Shown piece after piece: positions 35,029 through 46,073 of a stretch of DNA of 64,000 bases. The DNA comes from Candidatus Omnitrophota bacterium (GTDB lineage: Bacteria > Omnitrophota > Gorgyraeia > Gygaellales > Profunditerraquicolaceae), in NCBI GenBank assembly GCA_025453395.1, contig JALOQK010000001.1, forward strand, positions 74,244 to 138,243. The letters run 5' to 3'. The notes under the pieces were generated by a model, which was not told where the DNA came from, made no database searches, and saw only the letters and a list, made by a program, of their open reading frames with translations. Within the stretch, counting starts at the first letter, position 1. Every line of letters begins with the position of its first letter. Position numbers and translations under genes: made by a program.

Positions 35029-36351
35029 GTCCGCGCCTTCTCCATCATGCACCACCTGCGAATCTTCTTTGGCTTTGCGCACAATGACCCTTTTTAAGGT
35101 TATATATTTATCTACCTCGGGCTTGGTATTTCCCACATTAAGCTGTTTGAATAAAAATTCAAATTTGGCTTCAATGTCGGAAGTGATCTTATCGCGGGTT
35201 TCTTTTGGTAGCCCCATAATCTGCTTCTTAAACGGCCCCAGGGCTTTTTTACGCGCCTTATAGAAAAACTGATCATCGCTTTCGCCTTCTTTTCTTTCGT
35301 TGGCGGCATTTACCTTAAGCCATTCGTAAATCTTATTCTTCAATTCCATGGGAAAATGCGCGCTGTCAAACATCATGTTCTGAAAACCGGTGGCCAAATG
35401 CACTTCGGCTGTTGTAACTTCAGGGAATTTATGGAATGCTTCGTCAGGAAGAGTAGATGCCCCGTGCTGCACCGCTCCTGCTAATCCATAATCCTTGCGC
35501 GCGATCTCAGAAATAACTCTTAATGCTTCAAAATCAAGCTTTACTTCCGCTACTCTTCCGTCGGGAAGCACTACCCCTCCGTGAGAAGTCCCGGTTTGGA
35601 TGCTTATCTTGCTAATCCCGGCTCTTCCTTTTCTTAGGCGCTGGGTGAACCCCTGCATAAAAGCGTGAAAATCTTCAGGAGTAGAATTCTTATGCCCCAC
35701 CTCTCCAATCTCTCCGCCCACAGAAACCTCAACCCCTCTGGGTTGTATTTGACGAATAAATTGGGTCAATTTCGCGCAAACTTCATAATTATTAAATTGC
35801 TGCTTCTTCAGGTCCTCTTTGGACAGATCCACCAATGTAGAGGAATCTATATCTATATTGTAAAACCCTGCGTCAATGGCATCCTGAATAAGCGCCTTTA
35901 AGGCGTCTAATTCCTTATCCGGGTTTTCCTGGAATTTCTTTAAATTTACCTGGGTGTGGTCAGCCTGAATAAACACCGGGCCGGTGTAATCTTCTTTTAC
36001 CGCCGCAGCTAAAATTACCGCCGAGAATTCCGCGGGTATCTGATTGGTATAGCCCATTTCAGATTTGGCAATCTCAAAAATAAACGCCCCGGCGTTATTT
36101 CTCTTGGCAACTCTGAATAACGCGCGCGCCAGATCATAGGTCATACTGCGCAAATTTATCGCCGGGACAGTAAAACCTTTGACTTCGCCTTTACCCATAG
36201 CCATATATAACTCATGGATACTTGAAGGATACACTCCTTTTTTATAGGCGATATCCACTATTTTCTTAGCTAAAATCTTTTTCACTGTCACATCGTCATT
36301 CATAATTAAGTCCATGGCGATGTTTTCAATATCAAGCGGCCTTCTTCCCAT
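35026..36351 (-). CDS. fba: Class II fructose-bisphosphate aldolase family protein (long form)
   Basis: 441 aa; TVPAINL and HGG-containing class II aldolase motifs; gene directly downstream of pfkA. Confidence 0.65.
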   Translation of the reverse strand: MGRRPLDIENIAMDLIMNDDVTVKKILAKKIVDIAYKKGVYPSSIHELYMAMGKGEVKGFTVPAINLRSMTYDLARALFRVAKRNNAGAFIFEIAKSEMGYTNQIPAEFSAVILAAAVKEDYTGPVFIQADHTQVNLKKFQENPDKELDALKALIQDAIDAGFYNIDIDSSTLVDLSKEDLKKQQFNNYEVCAKLTQFIRQIQPRGVEVSVGGEIGEVGHKNSTPEDFHAFMQGFTQRLRKGRAGISKISIQTGTSHGGVVLPDGRVAEVKLDFEALRVISEIARKDYGLAGAVQHGASTLPDEAFHKFPEVTTAEVHLATGFQNMMFDSAHFPMELKNKIYEWLKVNAANERKEGESDDQFFYKARKKALGPFKKQIMGLPKETRDKITSDIEAKFEFLFKQLNVGNTKPEVDKYITLKRVIVRKAKEDSQVVHDGEGAD

Positions 36352-36368
36352 TAGGTGTTTCCTCCTTA

Positions 36369-37328
36369 TTAACTTACGGTCTTAAGTAACCGGTATAACT
36401 TCTCTACATCCCATTCTTTTTTCTTAACTGCATCTTCAAAATCAATAGTAATAAGTTCTCCGTACCTTAAACCTACAGCGATATCTGCTTCTCCAGACAA
36501 AAGTGATTCTACGGCCAACTGCCCCAGATTAAGCGCCAAAGTCCGACTAAAAGCTGTAGGCTTACCCCCACGCTGGACATGCCCCAAAACTACCGAACGG
36601 GTTTCAAGGCTTGTTCTTTCTCTAATATTGCGCGCTACCTCTTCTGCCTTAGCTGCTCCCTCAGCAAGAACAATGATCCAACTTATCTTGCCACGGATAT
36701 TGCCACCCACGATACTATGGCAAAGATCCGAAAAATCACATTTTTTCTCTGGGATAATCACGTCTTCGCATCCCCCGGCTAAAGCTACCTGAAGCGCCAT
36801 ATAACCGCATTCCCTTCCCATAACCTCAATCACAAAAATCCTCTCCATGGAAGTGGCGGTATCACGCACCTTATCAATGGCGTCAAGCGCGGTATTAATG
36901 GCGGTGTCTGACCCAATAGTAACATCTATGCCATTAACATCATTATCTATGGAAGCAGGTATCCCCACGCAAGGAAATTGATATTGCAGGTAAAATTCAT
37001 GCGCGGCCGAAAAACTGCCGTTGCCGCCGATAACGATCATCCCCTCAATATTATTTCTCTTTAAAGTTTCAAGGGCCTGTTTCTTGCCGTCCTCGGTTTT
37101 AAACTCCGGGCAACGCGCGGTTTTTAAGATTGTCCCGCCCTGATTAATAATACCTGACACGGAACGGTGATTAAGCGGCTTTATATCTTCGTCAATAAGT
37201 CCTTGGTATCCGCGATACACGCCCATGACTTCAACTTTTCTGGCTAATGCCGAGCGCACCACCGCTCTTACAGCCGCGTTCATCCCCGGAGCGTCTCCTC
37301 CAGTAGTCAAAACCGCAATACGCTTCAT
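36369..37328 (-). CDS. pfkA: ATP-dependent 6-phosphofructokinase
   Basis: IAVLTTGGDAPGMNAAVRAVV, GGNGS and MGRxCG motifs. Confidence 0.9.
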   Translation of the reverse strand: MKRIAVLTTGGDAPGMNAAVRAVVRSALARKVEVMGVYRGYQGLIDEDIKPLNHRSVSGIINQGGTILKTARCPEFKTEDGKKQALETLKRNNIEGMIVIGGNGSFSAAHEFYLQYQFPCVGIPASIDNDVNGIDVTIGSDTAINTALDAIDKVRDTATSMERIFVIEVMGRECGYMALQVALAGGCEDVIIPEKKCDFSDLCHSIVGGNIRGKISWIIVLAEGAAKAEEVARNIRERTSLETRSVVLGHVQRGGKPTAFSRTLALNLGQLAVESLLSGEADIAVGLRYGELITIDFEDAVKKKEWDVEKLYRLLKTVS

Positions 37329-37334
37329 AAACTC

Positions 37335-39461
37335 TTAACCTGCCTTTTGTTTTTTCCTATTGGCTATCTTTCTAATAATAAATGCTAATCCGCCAAGCAC
37401 TATAAAAAGCTTAACCCAATTTAATAAGGTATAAAATCCATACATAAAATAGGCTGAGACATAAGGGCTTTCTTTTTCAGTAATAAGTAATTTAGAGAAA
37501 CGGTACGAACGCCCAAGCTGCGGGACATCTATTCTAATTGGAAGCGCCCCTTTGACTTGCGCCTGCTGCAACTCTTCCTGGAACTGTTCATCCTGCACCA
37601 TCTGCTGTGAAACAAAGTTAGAACCAACTGCATAAGACCCTGATCTTTGTGATTTATGCATTATGTACCCTTGCGCCTGGTTTCGCTCTAATTTCACATC
37701 TCCGCCAAAAGCAAAATAACGGTAGTCTTTAGGAAGATACAGCGACCAGAAAAGACTGCTTATGGGTATATCTGTTTTGGGAAGATGCAATTTAAAATTC
37801 CCAAAGAAACCAACTTTACTTGCAGAATCAAGATAAACTATTTCTACAGGAAACTGCGTAAGGCTATCGCCGCTTAACTGCGATTTCTCAAGCGGAACTA
37901 GTATATCGCCATTTTTATCCTTAGCTGGCTTTGCGGGCCTTCCGGAGACAAAGGCGCTCCAAAGAACTGCGTTCTTAGGCAGATTCAAGTGGATAAACTG
38001 CTTAACATTATTCCTGATCTGAAACACTGCCTTAGTTAAAACTTTTCCCTCGTCGGTATAAAGGGTCATATAATCCACAGAATCAATCGCCGTAACTAAA
38101 ACCGGCAGCTCCTCATGTTTGGTTACATCAATAGCAATATTTACCGGATGATTCAAATATTTAAAAGCCAGTAATATTGGGCTATTGGAACTAGACCAAA
38201 TATCAGAGGGAAGTTCCTTCACATCGATACTGGTAACGTTATCCGCCTTATTTACCGCTAGCTCCACATTAGTAGAAGCGGCAACGCCAAAGAATCCAGT
38301 TTCCCTTTCTGCGCCTACTACCTTAACCCAGGGCATAGAGGCCACAGTTGAACCTATGCCGATATTTCTTTCATATATGATATTCAGGTTATAACTACCC
38401 TTAACTCCGAAATTTAGATACACATCCGCATATTGCACGCCCTGCTCTTTAGAAACTTTCCAATCGCGTAAGTCTTTTCCCTGCACATCCAAAACACCCA
38501 CATCGTCGGGTAGCGCAAGCCTAAAACTTGAAACTTCTGACTGTAGTATTGAATATTTTATTTTGGTCTGAGCGCGCACCAAACCTTCGCCGATACTAGC
38601 GTAAGTAGCTGTATCCGCGTATATTTTAGGCTCTAATTTTACCGGCGCGATAGTTTCCTTAGGCAATGCCTTTGCCCAACGCACTGAAACTTTGTTTGTA
38701 TTAGGCATAACTGCCCAGGCTACGGTCTGCTTATTTTCTTTCTTAATCTCTAATCTAATTGAAGGTTCAACAAAAATATCCAAGTCTTCTTCAGGCATTC
38801 GCATTTCAAACTGTGAAATAGGAGCGGGTATTACCTCAAATTCAAAACTCCCCGGGCCATTTTCTCTTTCCCGGGCGGCCTTAACCAAAAACTCCATATC
38901 CAGGCTGTATCTTCCGGGCTTATTCACCATACAATAATATTTACCGTCCTGATTTATCACTAATGACGGAGAGCGGTTAAGTTTTACCTCAATAAGGCCC
39001 ACACTTGTAGAGCAGACTGGAATTCTGGTCCATCCGGGTTTAAAAACATCAAAAAGGACATTTCCGCTTATAGAAACAACATTATCCTCTAATTCGGTAT
39101 TATATTCAGTTCGATAAACAATGTAACCTGCGGCAACCGGGAAAAGAGATTCCTGCGGTTTTGGCGAATAAGCCACTTGGTTAACTTCAGAAGATGAAAC
39201 TATATCAACTTCAACCTTGCGGGATCTATCGTCTACTATTTCTTTTTTACCAAGTTGCTGATCCCTATCATGCTTATAAGAATCTTTCTTACCTTCTTGC
39301 TCATTATTGTAATCATATTGCAAAATAGGCTGGTTATTACTGGAATTAAGCTTATTTTGAATCTTTTCTTTAAACACACCGCCAGCTAAGGCAGATTGGA
39401 GACAAAAACAAAGAGTAAGAATTAAACACGCAAAAAAAGCCCTTATTGGGTTCTTTCTCAT
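37335..39461 (-). CDS. Large secreted, C-terminally membrane-anchored protein of unknown function (708 aa)
   Basis: N-terminal signal peptide (AFFACLILTLCFCLQSALA), C-terminal TM helix plus basic tail (LFIVLGGLAFIIRKIANRKKQK); no recognisable domain. Confidence 0.5.
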   Translation of the reverse strand: MRKNPIRAFFACLILTLCFCLQSALAGGVFKEKIQNKLNSSNNQPILQYDYNNEQEGKKDSYKHDRDQQLGKKEIVDDRSRKVEVDIVSSSEVNQVAYSPKPQESLFPVAAGYIVYRTEYNTELEDNVVSISGNVLFDVFKPGWTRIPVCSTSVGLIEVKLNRSPSLVINQDGKYYCMVNKPGRYSLDMEFLVKAARERENGPGSFEFEVIPAPISQFEMRMPEEDLDIFVEPSIRLEIKKENKQTVAWAVMPNTNKVSVRWAKALPKETIAPVKLEPKIYADTATYASIGEGLVRAQTKIKYSILQSEVSSFRLALPDDVGVLDVQGKDLRDWKVSKEQGVQYADVYLNFGVKGSYNLNIIYERNIGIGSTVASMPWVKVVGAERETGFFGVAASTNVELAVNKADNVTSIDVKELPSDIWSSSNSPILLAFKYLNHPVNIAIDVTKHEELPVLVTAIDSVDYMTLYTDEGKVLTKAVFQIRNNVKQFIHLNLPKNAVLWSAFVSGRPAKPAKDKNGDILVPLEKSQLSGDSLTQFPVEIVYLDSASKVGFFGNFKLHLPKTDIPISSLFWSLYLPKDYRYFAFGGDVKLERNQAQGYIMHKSQRSGSYAVGSNFVSQQMVQDEQFQEELQQAQVKGALPIRIDVPQLGRSYRFSKLLITEKESPYVSAYFMYGFYTLLNWVKLFIVLGGLAFIIRKIANRKKQKAG

Positions 39462-39476
39462 ACTATCCTCTCCTTT

Positions 39477-40733
39477 TTAAGTTCCAGCTTCCCAACTTGC
39501 TAAATATTTCTTTTGCTCGGCAGTTAATTTGTCTATTTTTACGCCCATACTTTCTAATTTCAAAAGCGCGATATTTTTATCAATATCTTCTGGGACTTTA
39601 TAGACCTGATTTTCTAATTTCTTATAATTCTTCAGCATATATTCAGCACCTAAAGCCTGGTTGGCAAAAGACATATCCATAACCTGCGCCGGGTGCCCCT
39701 CGGCAGCAGCCAAATTAATCAGACGGCCTTCTCCTAAAAGATAAACTCTTCTACCGTCTTTTAACGTATACTCATCGGTAAAATCACGAATCGTGCGCTT
39801 GGATTTACTTAAAGATTCTAATCCCGGAATATCTAACTCTACATTGAAGTGCCCGGAATTAGCAACGATTGCACCATCTTTCATAATTGCAAAATGTTCT
39901 TTGCGGATAACATTTATGTCACCAGTAACGGTAATAAACACATCGCCTAGTTTAGCGGCATCTTTAATCGGCATGACCTCAAATCCATCCATACAAGCTT
40001 CTATGCCGCGCAAAGGATCAACTTCAGTAACCACAGTCTTGGCGCCTAATCCTTTTGCGCGCATAGCTACTCCCTTACCGCACCAACCATAGCCAGAAAC
40101 CACAACTGTGGAGCCGGCGATTAATTTATTGGTGGCACGGATAACTCCGTCTATAGTTGACTGACCCGTACCATAGCGATTATCAAAAAGATGCTTAGTC
40201 TGGGCGTCGTTTACGGCAATAATCGGATATCTTAATTTTTTCTGATCTGCCAATGCCCTCAAACGGATAACACCCGTTGTAGTTTCCTCAGTACCACCAA
40301 TAATATTATTGTGGACTGATCTGTCACGCTGATGAATGGTGCCGACTAAATCCGCGCCATCGTCCATAGTAATCTGCGGTTTGACTTTCAATACTTCCTG
40401 GAGATGATTGTAATATGTTTTTGTATCCTCGCCTTTAATAGCAAAACACGAGATTTTCAAGTCCTTTACCAAAGAGGCTGCCACGTCATCCTGTGTGGAA
40501 AGTGGATTTGAAGCGCACAAAGAAACTTCGGCCCCAGCGGATTTTAAAACTTCCATCAACACCCCTGTTTCAGTAGTAACATGCAAACAACAGGCCAGCT
40601 TAATCCCATCAAGCGGTTTTTCTTTGGCAAAACGTTTCTTAACTAGAGCCAAAACCGGCATATTGTTTCTTGCCCATTCAATCCTCAATGCGCCTTTTTT
40701 AGCCAGCGCCATATCCTTAATATCGTAATCCAA
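39477..40733 (-). CDS. ahcY: Adenosylhomocysteinase
   Basis: [14 protein letters not shown] and NAD-binding [10 protein letters not shown] motifs; 418 aa. Confidence 0.9.
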   Translation of the reverse strand: MDYDIKDMALAKKGALRIEWARNNMPVLALVKKRFAKEKPLDGIKLACCLHVTTETGVLMEVLKSAGAEVSLCASNPLSTQDDVAASLVKDLKISCFAIKGEDTKTYYNHLQEVLKVKPQITMDDGADLVGTIHQRDRSVHNNIIGGTEETTTGVIRLRALADQKKLRYPIIAVNDAQTKHLFDNRYGTGQSTIDGVIRATNKLIAGSTVVVSGYGWCGKGVAMRAKGLGAKTVVTEVDPLRGIEACMDGFEVMPIKDAAKLGDVFITVTGDINVIRKEHFAIMKDGAIVANSGHFNVELDIPGLESLSKSKRTIRDFTDEYTLKDGRRVYLLGEGRLINLAAAEGHPAQVMDMSFANQALGAEYMLKNYKKLENQVYKVPEDIDKNIALLKLESMGVKIDKLTAEQKKYLASWEAGT

Positions 40734-40809
40734 AATATCTCCTCCCTCTACAGGCTTGCGCCTGTAGTATCTTTATTCCCCACGCGGCAGCTTGGGGTTA
40801 ATCGTTATT

Positions 40810-41970
40810 TTATAATTTTGCCGCGGCTTTTTTCAAAACCGCTGCCTTAGCAGTACTTTCCCAAATAAACTCCGGCTCTGTCCTTCCAAAGTGCCCGTAA
40901 CAAGCGGTCTTGCGGTAAATTGGCCGCAAAAGATCAAGCTCTTTTATCATCCCGCGCGGAGTAAGGTCAAAATTCTCCATGATCAATTTCATAAAAGAAG
41001 CTTCTGAAATTTTCCCTGTCCCGTATGTATCCACTAAAACCGATAAGGGCTCTGGTTTTCCAATTACATAAGCCACATGAATCATGCATCTATCTGCTAA
41101 GCCTGCAGCTACGATATTTTTGGCGATGTATCTGCCCATATACGCGCCAGACCTGTCCACTTTAGTCGGGTCTTTCCCGGAGAAAGCCCCGCCGCCGGGA
41201 GCAGCTGCTCCGCCATAGGTATCCACAACAATTTTTCTGCCGGTCATGCCGGTATCTGACTGGGGGCCTCCGACGACAAACTTACCCGTCTCGTTCACGT
41301 AGTATTTGGTATTTTTATCAATATAATTCTTTAAAACAGGCTTGGCCACATGATCAATGATCTCCTGGCGCGCCTGCTTGGTGATTTTTTCTTTTGTGGA
41401 ATCAAGGATCTCTTCGGTATGCTGACAAGCCAAAACCACTGAGTCCACTCTCTTAGGCAGGCCATCATGGTATTCCACGGAAACCTGCGATTTGCAATCG
41501 GGCCCTAAATATTTCAATGTTCCGTCTCTTCTCACATCTGCCATGCGCTTGACTAATTTATGCGATAGCATCAACGGTAAAGGCATTAATTCCTCTGTTT
41601 CTTTGCATGCGTAACCAACCATAAATCCCTGATCTCCGGCTCCGCCTCTGTCAACCCCTTGGGAGATATCCGGAGATTGCGCGTTAATAGTATTAATAAT
41701 AGCGCAAGTATGGTAATCAAAACCATATTTGGGATGGGTGTATCCGATGTCTTTAATCACTGAACGGGCTAATTTCTGAATATCCACATAGGCGCTGGTA
41801 GTAATTTCTCCGCCTACGATTAATAAGCCCATAGTAACATACGTCTCACAGGCAACCCTGCCCGTGGGATCATGCTTTAATACTTCATCTAATACCCCGT
41901 CTGAAATCTGGTCGCAAAGTTTATCCGGATGCCCCTCACCAACTGATTCAGAAGTAAACAGATACTTACG
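40810..41970 (-). CDS. metK: S-adenosylmethionine synthase
   Basis: [19 protein letters not shown] and [16 protein letters not shown] motifs. Start placed at [10 protein letters not shown]; the longer ORF to 42027 would overlap the upstream gene. Confidence 0.9.
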   Translation of the reverse strand, partial: RKYLFTSESVGEGHPDKLCDQISDGVLDEVLKHDPTGRVACETYVTMGLLIVGGEITTSAYVDIQKLARSVIKDIGYTHPKYGFDYHTCAIINTINAQSPDISQGVDRGGAGDQGFMVGYACKETEELMPLPLMLSHKLVKRMADVRRDGTLKYLGPDCKSQVSVEYHDGLPKRVDSVVLACQHTEEILDSTKEKITKQARQEIIDHVAKPVLKNYIDKNTKYYVNETGKFVVGGPQSDTGMTGRKIVVDTYGGAAAPGGGAFSGKDPTKVDRSGAYMGRYIAKNIVAAGLADRCMIHVAYVIGKPEPLSVLVDTYGTGKISEASFMKLIMENFDLTPRGMIKELDLLRPIYRKTACYGHFGRTEPEFIWESTAKAAVLKKAAAKL

Positions 41971-41986
41971 CATTGCCTTTATCCTC

Positions 41987-42742
41987 CTATTTTCTTGCTT
42001 TATTAGTAATAAAACTTTCTTTGGCATGTTGATAAAATTTCTTATCCCCTATATCATACCATTTACCGCCAAATTTATAGGCGAAAATGTCTTCTTTGCG
42101 CATTAACCAATCTATATAAAATCCCAACGCGTCTTTCTTGTTTTCCTTGGCGCTTAAATATTCTTTAACAAGGCCGAGTTTCTCACGCGGGAAATAATAA
42201 AGGCACATCGCCACAAGAGTAGATGCCGGAACTTGCGGCTTTTCCTGAAATTCCACAACCTTACCATTATCATCTATCTGCACCAATCCATATTTTGAGG
42301 CCTGCGACTTATCTTTTATGTCAAAAACAGCGATAACCGGGCTTTTATTCTTAAGCCGCGCGAAATCAAGCATCAAATTAACGTCGCCGTCAAAAAGATT
42401 ATCACCTCCTATAACCAGAAGATCGTCATTGATGCGCCTTTTCTGAATAGCAAACTGCATATCTGCTATAGCGCCCTTCTTCTGGCTTAGGTCACTGGTC
42501 ATATCGTCGACAACTGTTACAACCTTGTCAGTGTTTATCTTGACCGACCATTTATGGAAATGCTCAAAGAACTTGCTGTTTGTTACGACAATAATCTCAT
42601 CTATCGCTTCAACAACAGATACTTTATCAATAATAAAATCTATCAACGGCCTTTTATTTACTTCTAAAAGGGCCTTGGGGTAATCTTTGGTTAGCGGATA
42701 AAGCCTCGTGGCATACCCTGCGGCAAGGATCAATGCCTTCAT
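41987..42742 (-). CDS. Sugar-phosphate nucleotidyltransferase (NTP_transferase family)
   Basis: [27 protein letters not shown]-terminal G-x-G-x-R-L motif. Confidence 0.7.
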   Translation of the reverse strand: MKALILAAGYATRLYPLTKDYPKALLEVNKRPLIDFIIDKVSVVEAIDEIIVVTNSKFFEHFHKWSVKINTDKVVTVVDDMTSDLSQKKGAIADMQFAIQKRRINDDLLVIGGDNLFDGDVNLMLDFARLKNKSPVIAVFDIKDKSQASKYGLVQIDDNGKVVEFQEKPQVPASTLVAMCLYYFPREKLGLVKEYLSAKENKKDALGFYIDWLMRKEDIFAYKFGGKWYDIGDKKFYQHAKESFITNKARK

Positions 42743-42749
42743 ATTTTAT

Positions 42750-44492
42750 TTACTTTAGGATTTCCTTTAATTGGCCGCGGCAGTATTCTTCAACCTGTTT
42801 TCCTGTAGTAAGGCGAAGCGCCTCTTGGGCGATCTTAGCTACCTGCGGGAAAGTAACAGAACGAATAATATATTTTATCTCCGGGATTAAAAACGGCGGA
42901 ACGCTTAATTCGGCAAGGCCCAGGCCAAGAAGTATCAATACCAAAGCTGATTCTCCGGCCATTTCTCCGCACATGCCTACGGGAATCTTAGCGGCGCTTG
43001 CGGCATCCACAATATTTTTGATCATCCGCAATACCGCCGGATGCGCCGGGTCGTACAAGTAAGCTACTTTCTCGTTGGCGCGGTCCACCGCCAAAGAATA
43101 CTGGATAAGATCATTTGTACCGATGCTGAAAAAATTCGCCTCTTTGGCCAGAATATCCGCGGTCATTGCTGCCGACGGCACTTCAATCATCGCGCCAACC
43201 TGTATATTTTGATCAAAGGCAAGGCCTTCTCTGGTTAATTCTTCTTTAGCCTGATAAAGAATAACATTGGCCTGGGTTAATTCTTCTATGCCGGAAATCA
43301 TCGGATACATAAGCTTTAATTTACCATGCACCGAAGCCCTTAATATCGCCCTTAACTGCACCTTAAATACCTCCGGGCGAGCCAAACAAAATCTTATCGC
43401 GCGCCATCCCAAGAAGGGCTGAATTTCGTTAGGGATCTCAAACTGGGATAAAAATTTGTCCCCTCCCAGATCCAAAGTCCTTATGATAACCGGATACGGA
43501 TCCATTGTCTGCGCCACATATTTATAGGCCTGATACTGCTCCTCTTCTGAAGGGGCATCCTTGCGATTCATGTAGAAAAATTCCGTGCGGTAAAGTCCGA
43601 TGCCCTGCCCGCCGTGCAAACGCACCGACGGCACTTCATCAGGAAACTCAATATTCCCATTTACTTCTATATGCTTGCCATCAAGAGTAATAGCGGGTTG
43701 ATCTTTTACCCGCAAGAAATTATCGGTAATGCCCTTTAATTTCTTTTCCTGCTGGCGGTAAAACTCTAAAGTCTGCTCATCGGGATTTATTATGACAAAC
43801 CCCTCAGAGCCGTCCACAATAATCGTATCGCCGGTCTTAATCTTAGCGCTTAAACCGTCTACCCCTACGACTGCCGGTATCTCAAGCGACTTAGCCATGA
43901 TCGCGGTATGCGATGTTTTGCCTCCTATGTCTGTAGCGAAAGCGCAAACATTCTGCTTGTGCATCGCGGCTGTGTCTGACGGAGACAAATCATGCGCGAC
44001 TACAACCACTTTCTCTTTAAGGCTTACCAGGCCCTTATGCTCGGTTTTGCCTAAAAGATTCCTCAATATCCTGCGGCCTACATCATTGACATCGGCAGTT
44101 CTTTCCTTTAAATACTCGTCTTCTATTTTTGAAAAAACATCAATATATTTCTTAAGCACCTCGGAAAAAATATACGGCACATTAAGCCGCTCTTTCTTAA
44201 GCCGTGAGATAACCTCCTCAATAAGCATGCGGTCTTCAAGAACCAGTAAATGCGCGTCAAAGATCTGCGCCTCGTCCTGCCCCATTTGAGAGGCAATATG
44301 CTTCTGCAGGTCGATGATCTCTCTTCTTGTCTTGATCAGCGCCTCTTCAAAAGCCTGGATCTCTAAAGGGATATCCTGCTCGGTAATCGCCTGGCGGGGG
44401 ACAACAAAATCCTCTTTGCCCACCTTATACACAGGGGCAATGGCGATTCCTGACGAAGCGGCAATCCCTTTTATTTTTATCATAAGCGCCAC
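42750..44492 (-). CDS. ptsI: Phosphoenolpyruvate-protein phosphotransferase (PTS Enzyme I)
   Basis: GIAASSGIAIAPV start, GGKTSHTAIMAKSLEIPAVVG His-domain and PEP-utilising C-terminal domain; 580 aa. Confidence 0.9.
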   Translation of the reverse strand: MALMIKIKGIAASSGIAIAPVYKVGKEDFVVPRQAITEQDIPLEIQAFEEALIKTRREIIDLQKHIASQMGQDEAQIFDAHLLVLEDRMLIEEVISRLKKERLNVPYIFSEVLKKYIDVFSKIEDEYLKERTADVNDVGRRILRNLLGKTEHKGLVSLKEKVVVVAHDLSPSDTAAMHKQNVCAFATDIGGKTSHTAIMAKSLEIPAVVGVDGLSAKIKTGDTIIVDGSEGFVIINPDEQTLEFYRQQEKKLKGITDNFLRVKDQPAITLDGKHIEVNGNIEFPDEVPSVRLHGGQGIGLYRTEFFYMNRKDAPSEEEQYQAYKYVAQTMDPYPVIIRTLDLGGDKFLSQFEIPNEIQPFLGWRAIRFCLARPEVFKVQLRAILRASVHGKLKLMYPMISGIEELTQANVILYQAKEELTREGLAFDQNIQVGAMIEVPSAAMTADILAKEANFFSIGTNDLIQYSLAVDRANEKVAYLYDPAHPAVLRMIKNIVDAASAAKIPVGMCGEMAGESALVLILLGLGLAELSVPPFLIPEIKYIIRSVTFPQVAKIAQEALRLTTGKQVEEYCRGQLKEILK

Positions 44493-44756
44493 CTATTCTT
44501 TTAGATTCAATACCTTTTCCAATTCTTCAATCGCTATCGCCGCGTCTTCTCCGTCTGCTTCCACGATTATCTCGGTGCCCTTTTCCGCAGCCAGCATTAA
44601 TATGCCCATAATAGACTTGCCATTTACTTCTTCGCTATCTTTTTTAACTGTCACGCGAGAGTCATATTTATTGGCCACTTGAACAAACAAAGCCGCCGGC
44701 CTGGCGTGAAGCCCCTGCTTATTATTCACCATTAATTTCTTGCTTACTAAAGGCAT
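44493..44756 (-). CDS. ptsH: Phosphocarrier protein HPr
   Basis: NKQGLHARPAALFV with active-site His; 87 aa; abuts ptsI. Confidence 0.85.
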   Translation of the reverse strand: MPLVSKKLMVNNKQGLHARPAALFVQVANKYDSRVTVKKDSEEVNGKSIMGILMLAAEKGTEIIVEADGEDAAIAIEELEKVLNLKE

Positions 44757-44771
44757 AATTTAATCTCTTGT

Positions 44772-46073
44772 TTAAAATTCTTCAACTAAACCTATAATCG
44801 CGCGCGACAATTTCTGCGGGTCATGGCGGATAAGCCCTTCGCTATTTACGATATCTTCTTCAATCACCCTATAACCCATATTACGCACATTTTGAATATC
44901 ATTGACGACCAAATACGCGTCTTCCTGCGCGTAACGCTTTAAGAGGTTAGCGGGGATTTCCCCGATATTGACAATACAATAATCAAAGATCTGCGGGTGG
45001 CTGTGCGCAACTAAAGTCTTGATATGATCCGATACCCGGAATCCGCCTGTTTCCCCGGGCTGGGTCATGATATTGCACACATAAACCTTTGTTGCCTGCG
45101 AAGCGACAATCGCGTCGGTTATTTCCTTGATCAACAGGTTCGGGATAATGCTTGTATAAAGCGAACCCGGGCCCAGGATAATCACCTGCGCCTCTTCAAT
45201 GGCCTTGATCGCTTCAGGAGTAGCAGAGGGCGAATCAGGCTTTAAATACACGCGGTTGATCAATCTTCCGGCTTTAGGGATCTTGGCCTCGCCTTCGGCA
45301 GAAGTCCCGTCTTTGTATTCAGCCGCCAAAACAACATTAGAAAGAGTAGCCGGTATAACTTGGCCTTTCAAGGCTAAAACACGGCTTGTTTCTTTAATCG
45401 CTTTCTCAAAATCGCCTGTCAGCTGGGTCATGACCGTAATAAAAAGATTCCCAAAACTATGCCCTCCCAGTTCTGACTTGGTGTCAAAACGAAACTGAAA
45501 AAGATCGCGCATTAAAGTAGGCGCGTCAGCTAATGCCACCAGGCAATTCCTGATATCTCCCGGAGGCAAGATATCAAACTCCTGGCGCAATCTTCCGGAA
45601 GACCCTCCGTCATCAGCGACAGTGACTATTGCGGTGTTATTAAAGGTATACTCTTTAAGGCCGGTTAACAAAACCGACATCCCTGTTCCGCCTCCGACAG
45701 TGACGATCTTAGGCCCCCGGCCGAGCTGTTTTTTATGATAAAGCATATCAAAAAGCTGGCTATCGCCTCCAGAAGGAATAAAAGCAGTTATAAAAGAACG
45801 GATTAATTTTACAAAGCTTAAAGCCAGTATAACAATCCCGCAGAAAATAAGGACTATATCTAAAAGGCTGTTGACCCAGAAATCCTCGCTTCTTAAAAGA
45901 ACAGAACCCAGAATTATAAGAAGCACCGATAAGAAAGATAACCCTATCCAGCGTTTTATCCCGATACCGGGAGAAAGCCATTTAACCAACCAGCCAAACC
46001 GGGAATGAAACCTGCCGCCCGGAAAGGCCCTGTTAGATTTTCTTTTCATCTTCCTGGCTGATAATCTTGACAA
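44772..46073 (-). CDS. yvcK: Gluconeogenesis factor YvcK/CofD-like (UPF0052) with N-terminal membrane extension
   Basis: KIVTVGGGTGMS...VADDGGSSGRLR core of YvcK. Preceded by about 100 aa holding two hydrophobic helices (WIGLSFLSVLLIILG..., IVLIFCGIVILALSFV). Start uncertain; several in-frame Mets. Confidence 0.75.
   Translation of the reverse strand: MSRLSARKMKRKSNRAFPGGRFHSRFGWLVKWLSPGIGIKRWIGLSFLSVLLIILGSVLLRSEDFWVNSLLDIVLIFCGIVILALSFVKLIRSFITAFIPSGGDSQLFDMLYHKKQLGRGPKIVTVGGGTGMSVLLTGLKEYTFNNTAIVTVADDGGSSGRLRQEFDILPPGDIRNCLVALADAPTLMRDLFQFRFDTKSELGGHSFGNLFITVMTQLTGDFEKAIKETSRVLALKGQVIPATLSNVVLAAEYKDGTSAEGEAKIPKAGRLINRVYLKPDSPSATPEAIKAIEEAQVIILGPGSLYTSIIPNLLIKEITDAIVASQATKVYVCNIMTQPGETGGFRVSDHIKTLVAHSHPQIFDYCIVNIGEIPANLLKRYAQEDAYLVVNDIQNVRNMGYRVIEEDIVNSEGLIRHDPQKLSRAIIGLVEEF

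Noticed and set aside
41971-42027. Longer metK and leuA starts from the ORF track
   Set aside because: The extensions precede the conserved family N-termini ([10 protein letters not shown]; MDNLIIFDTT). For metK the longer form would also overlap the upstream nucleotidyltransferase gene.
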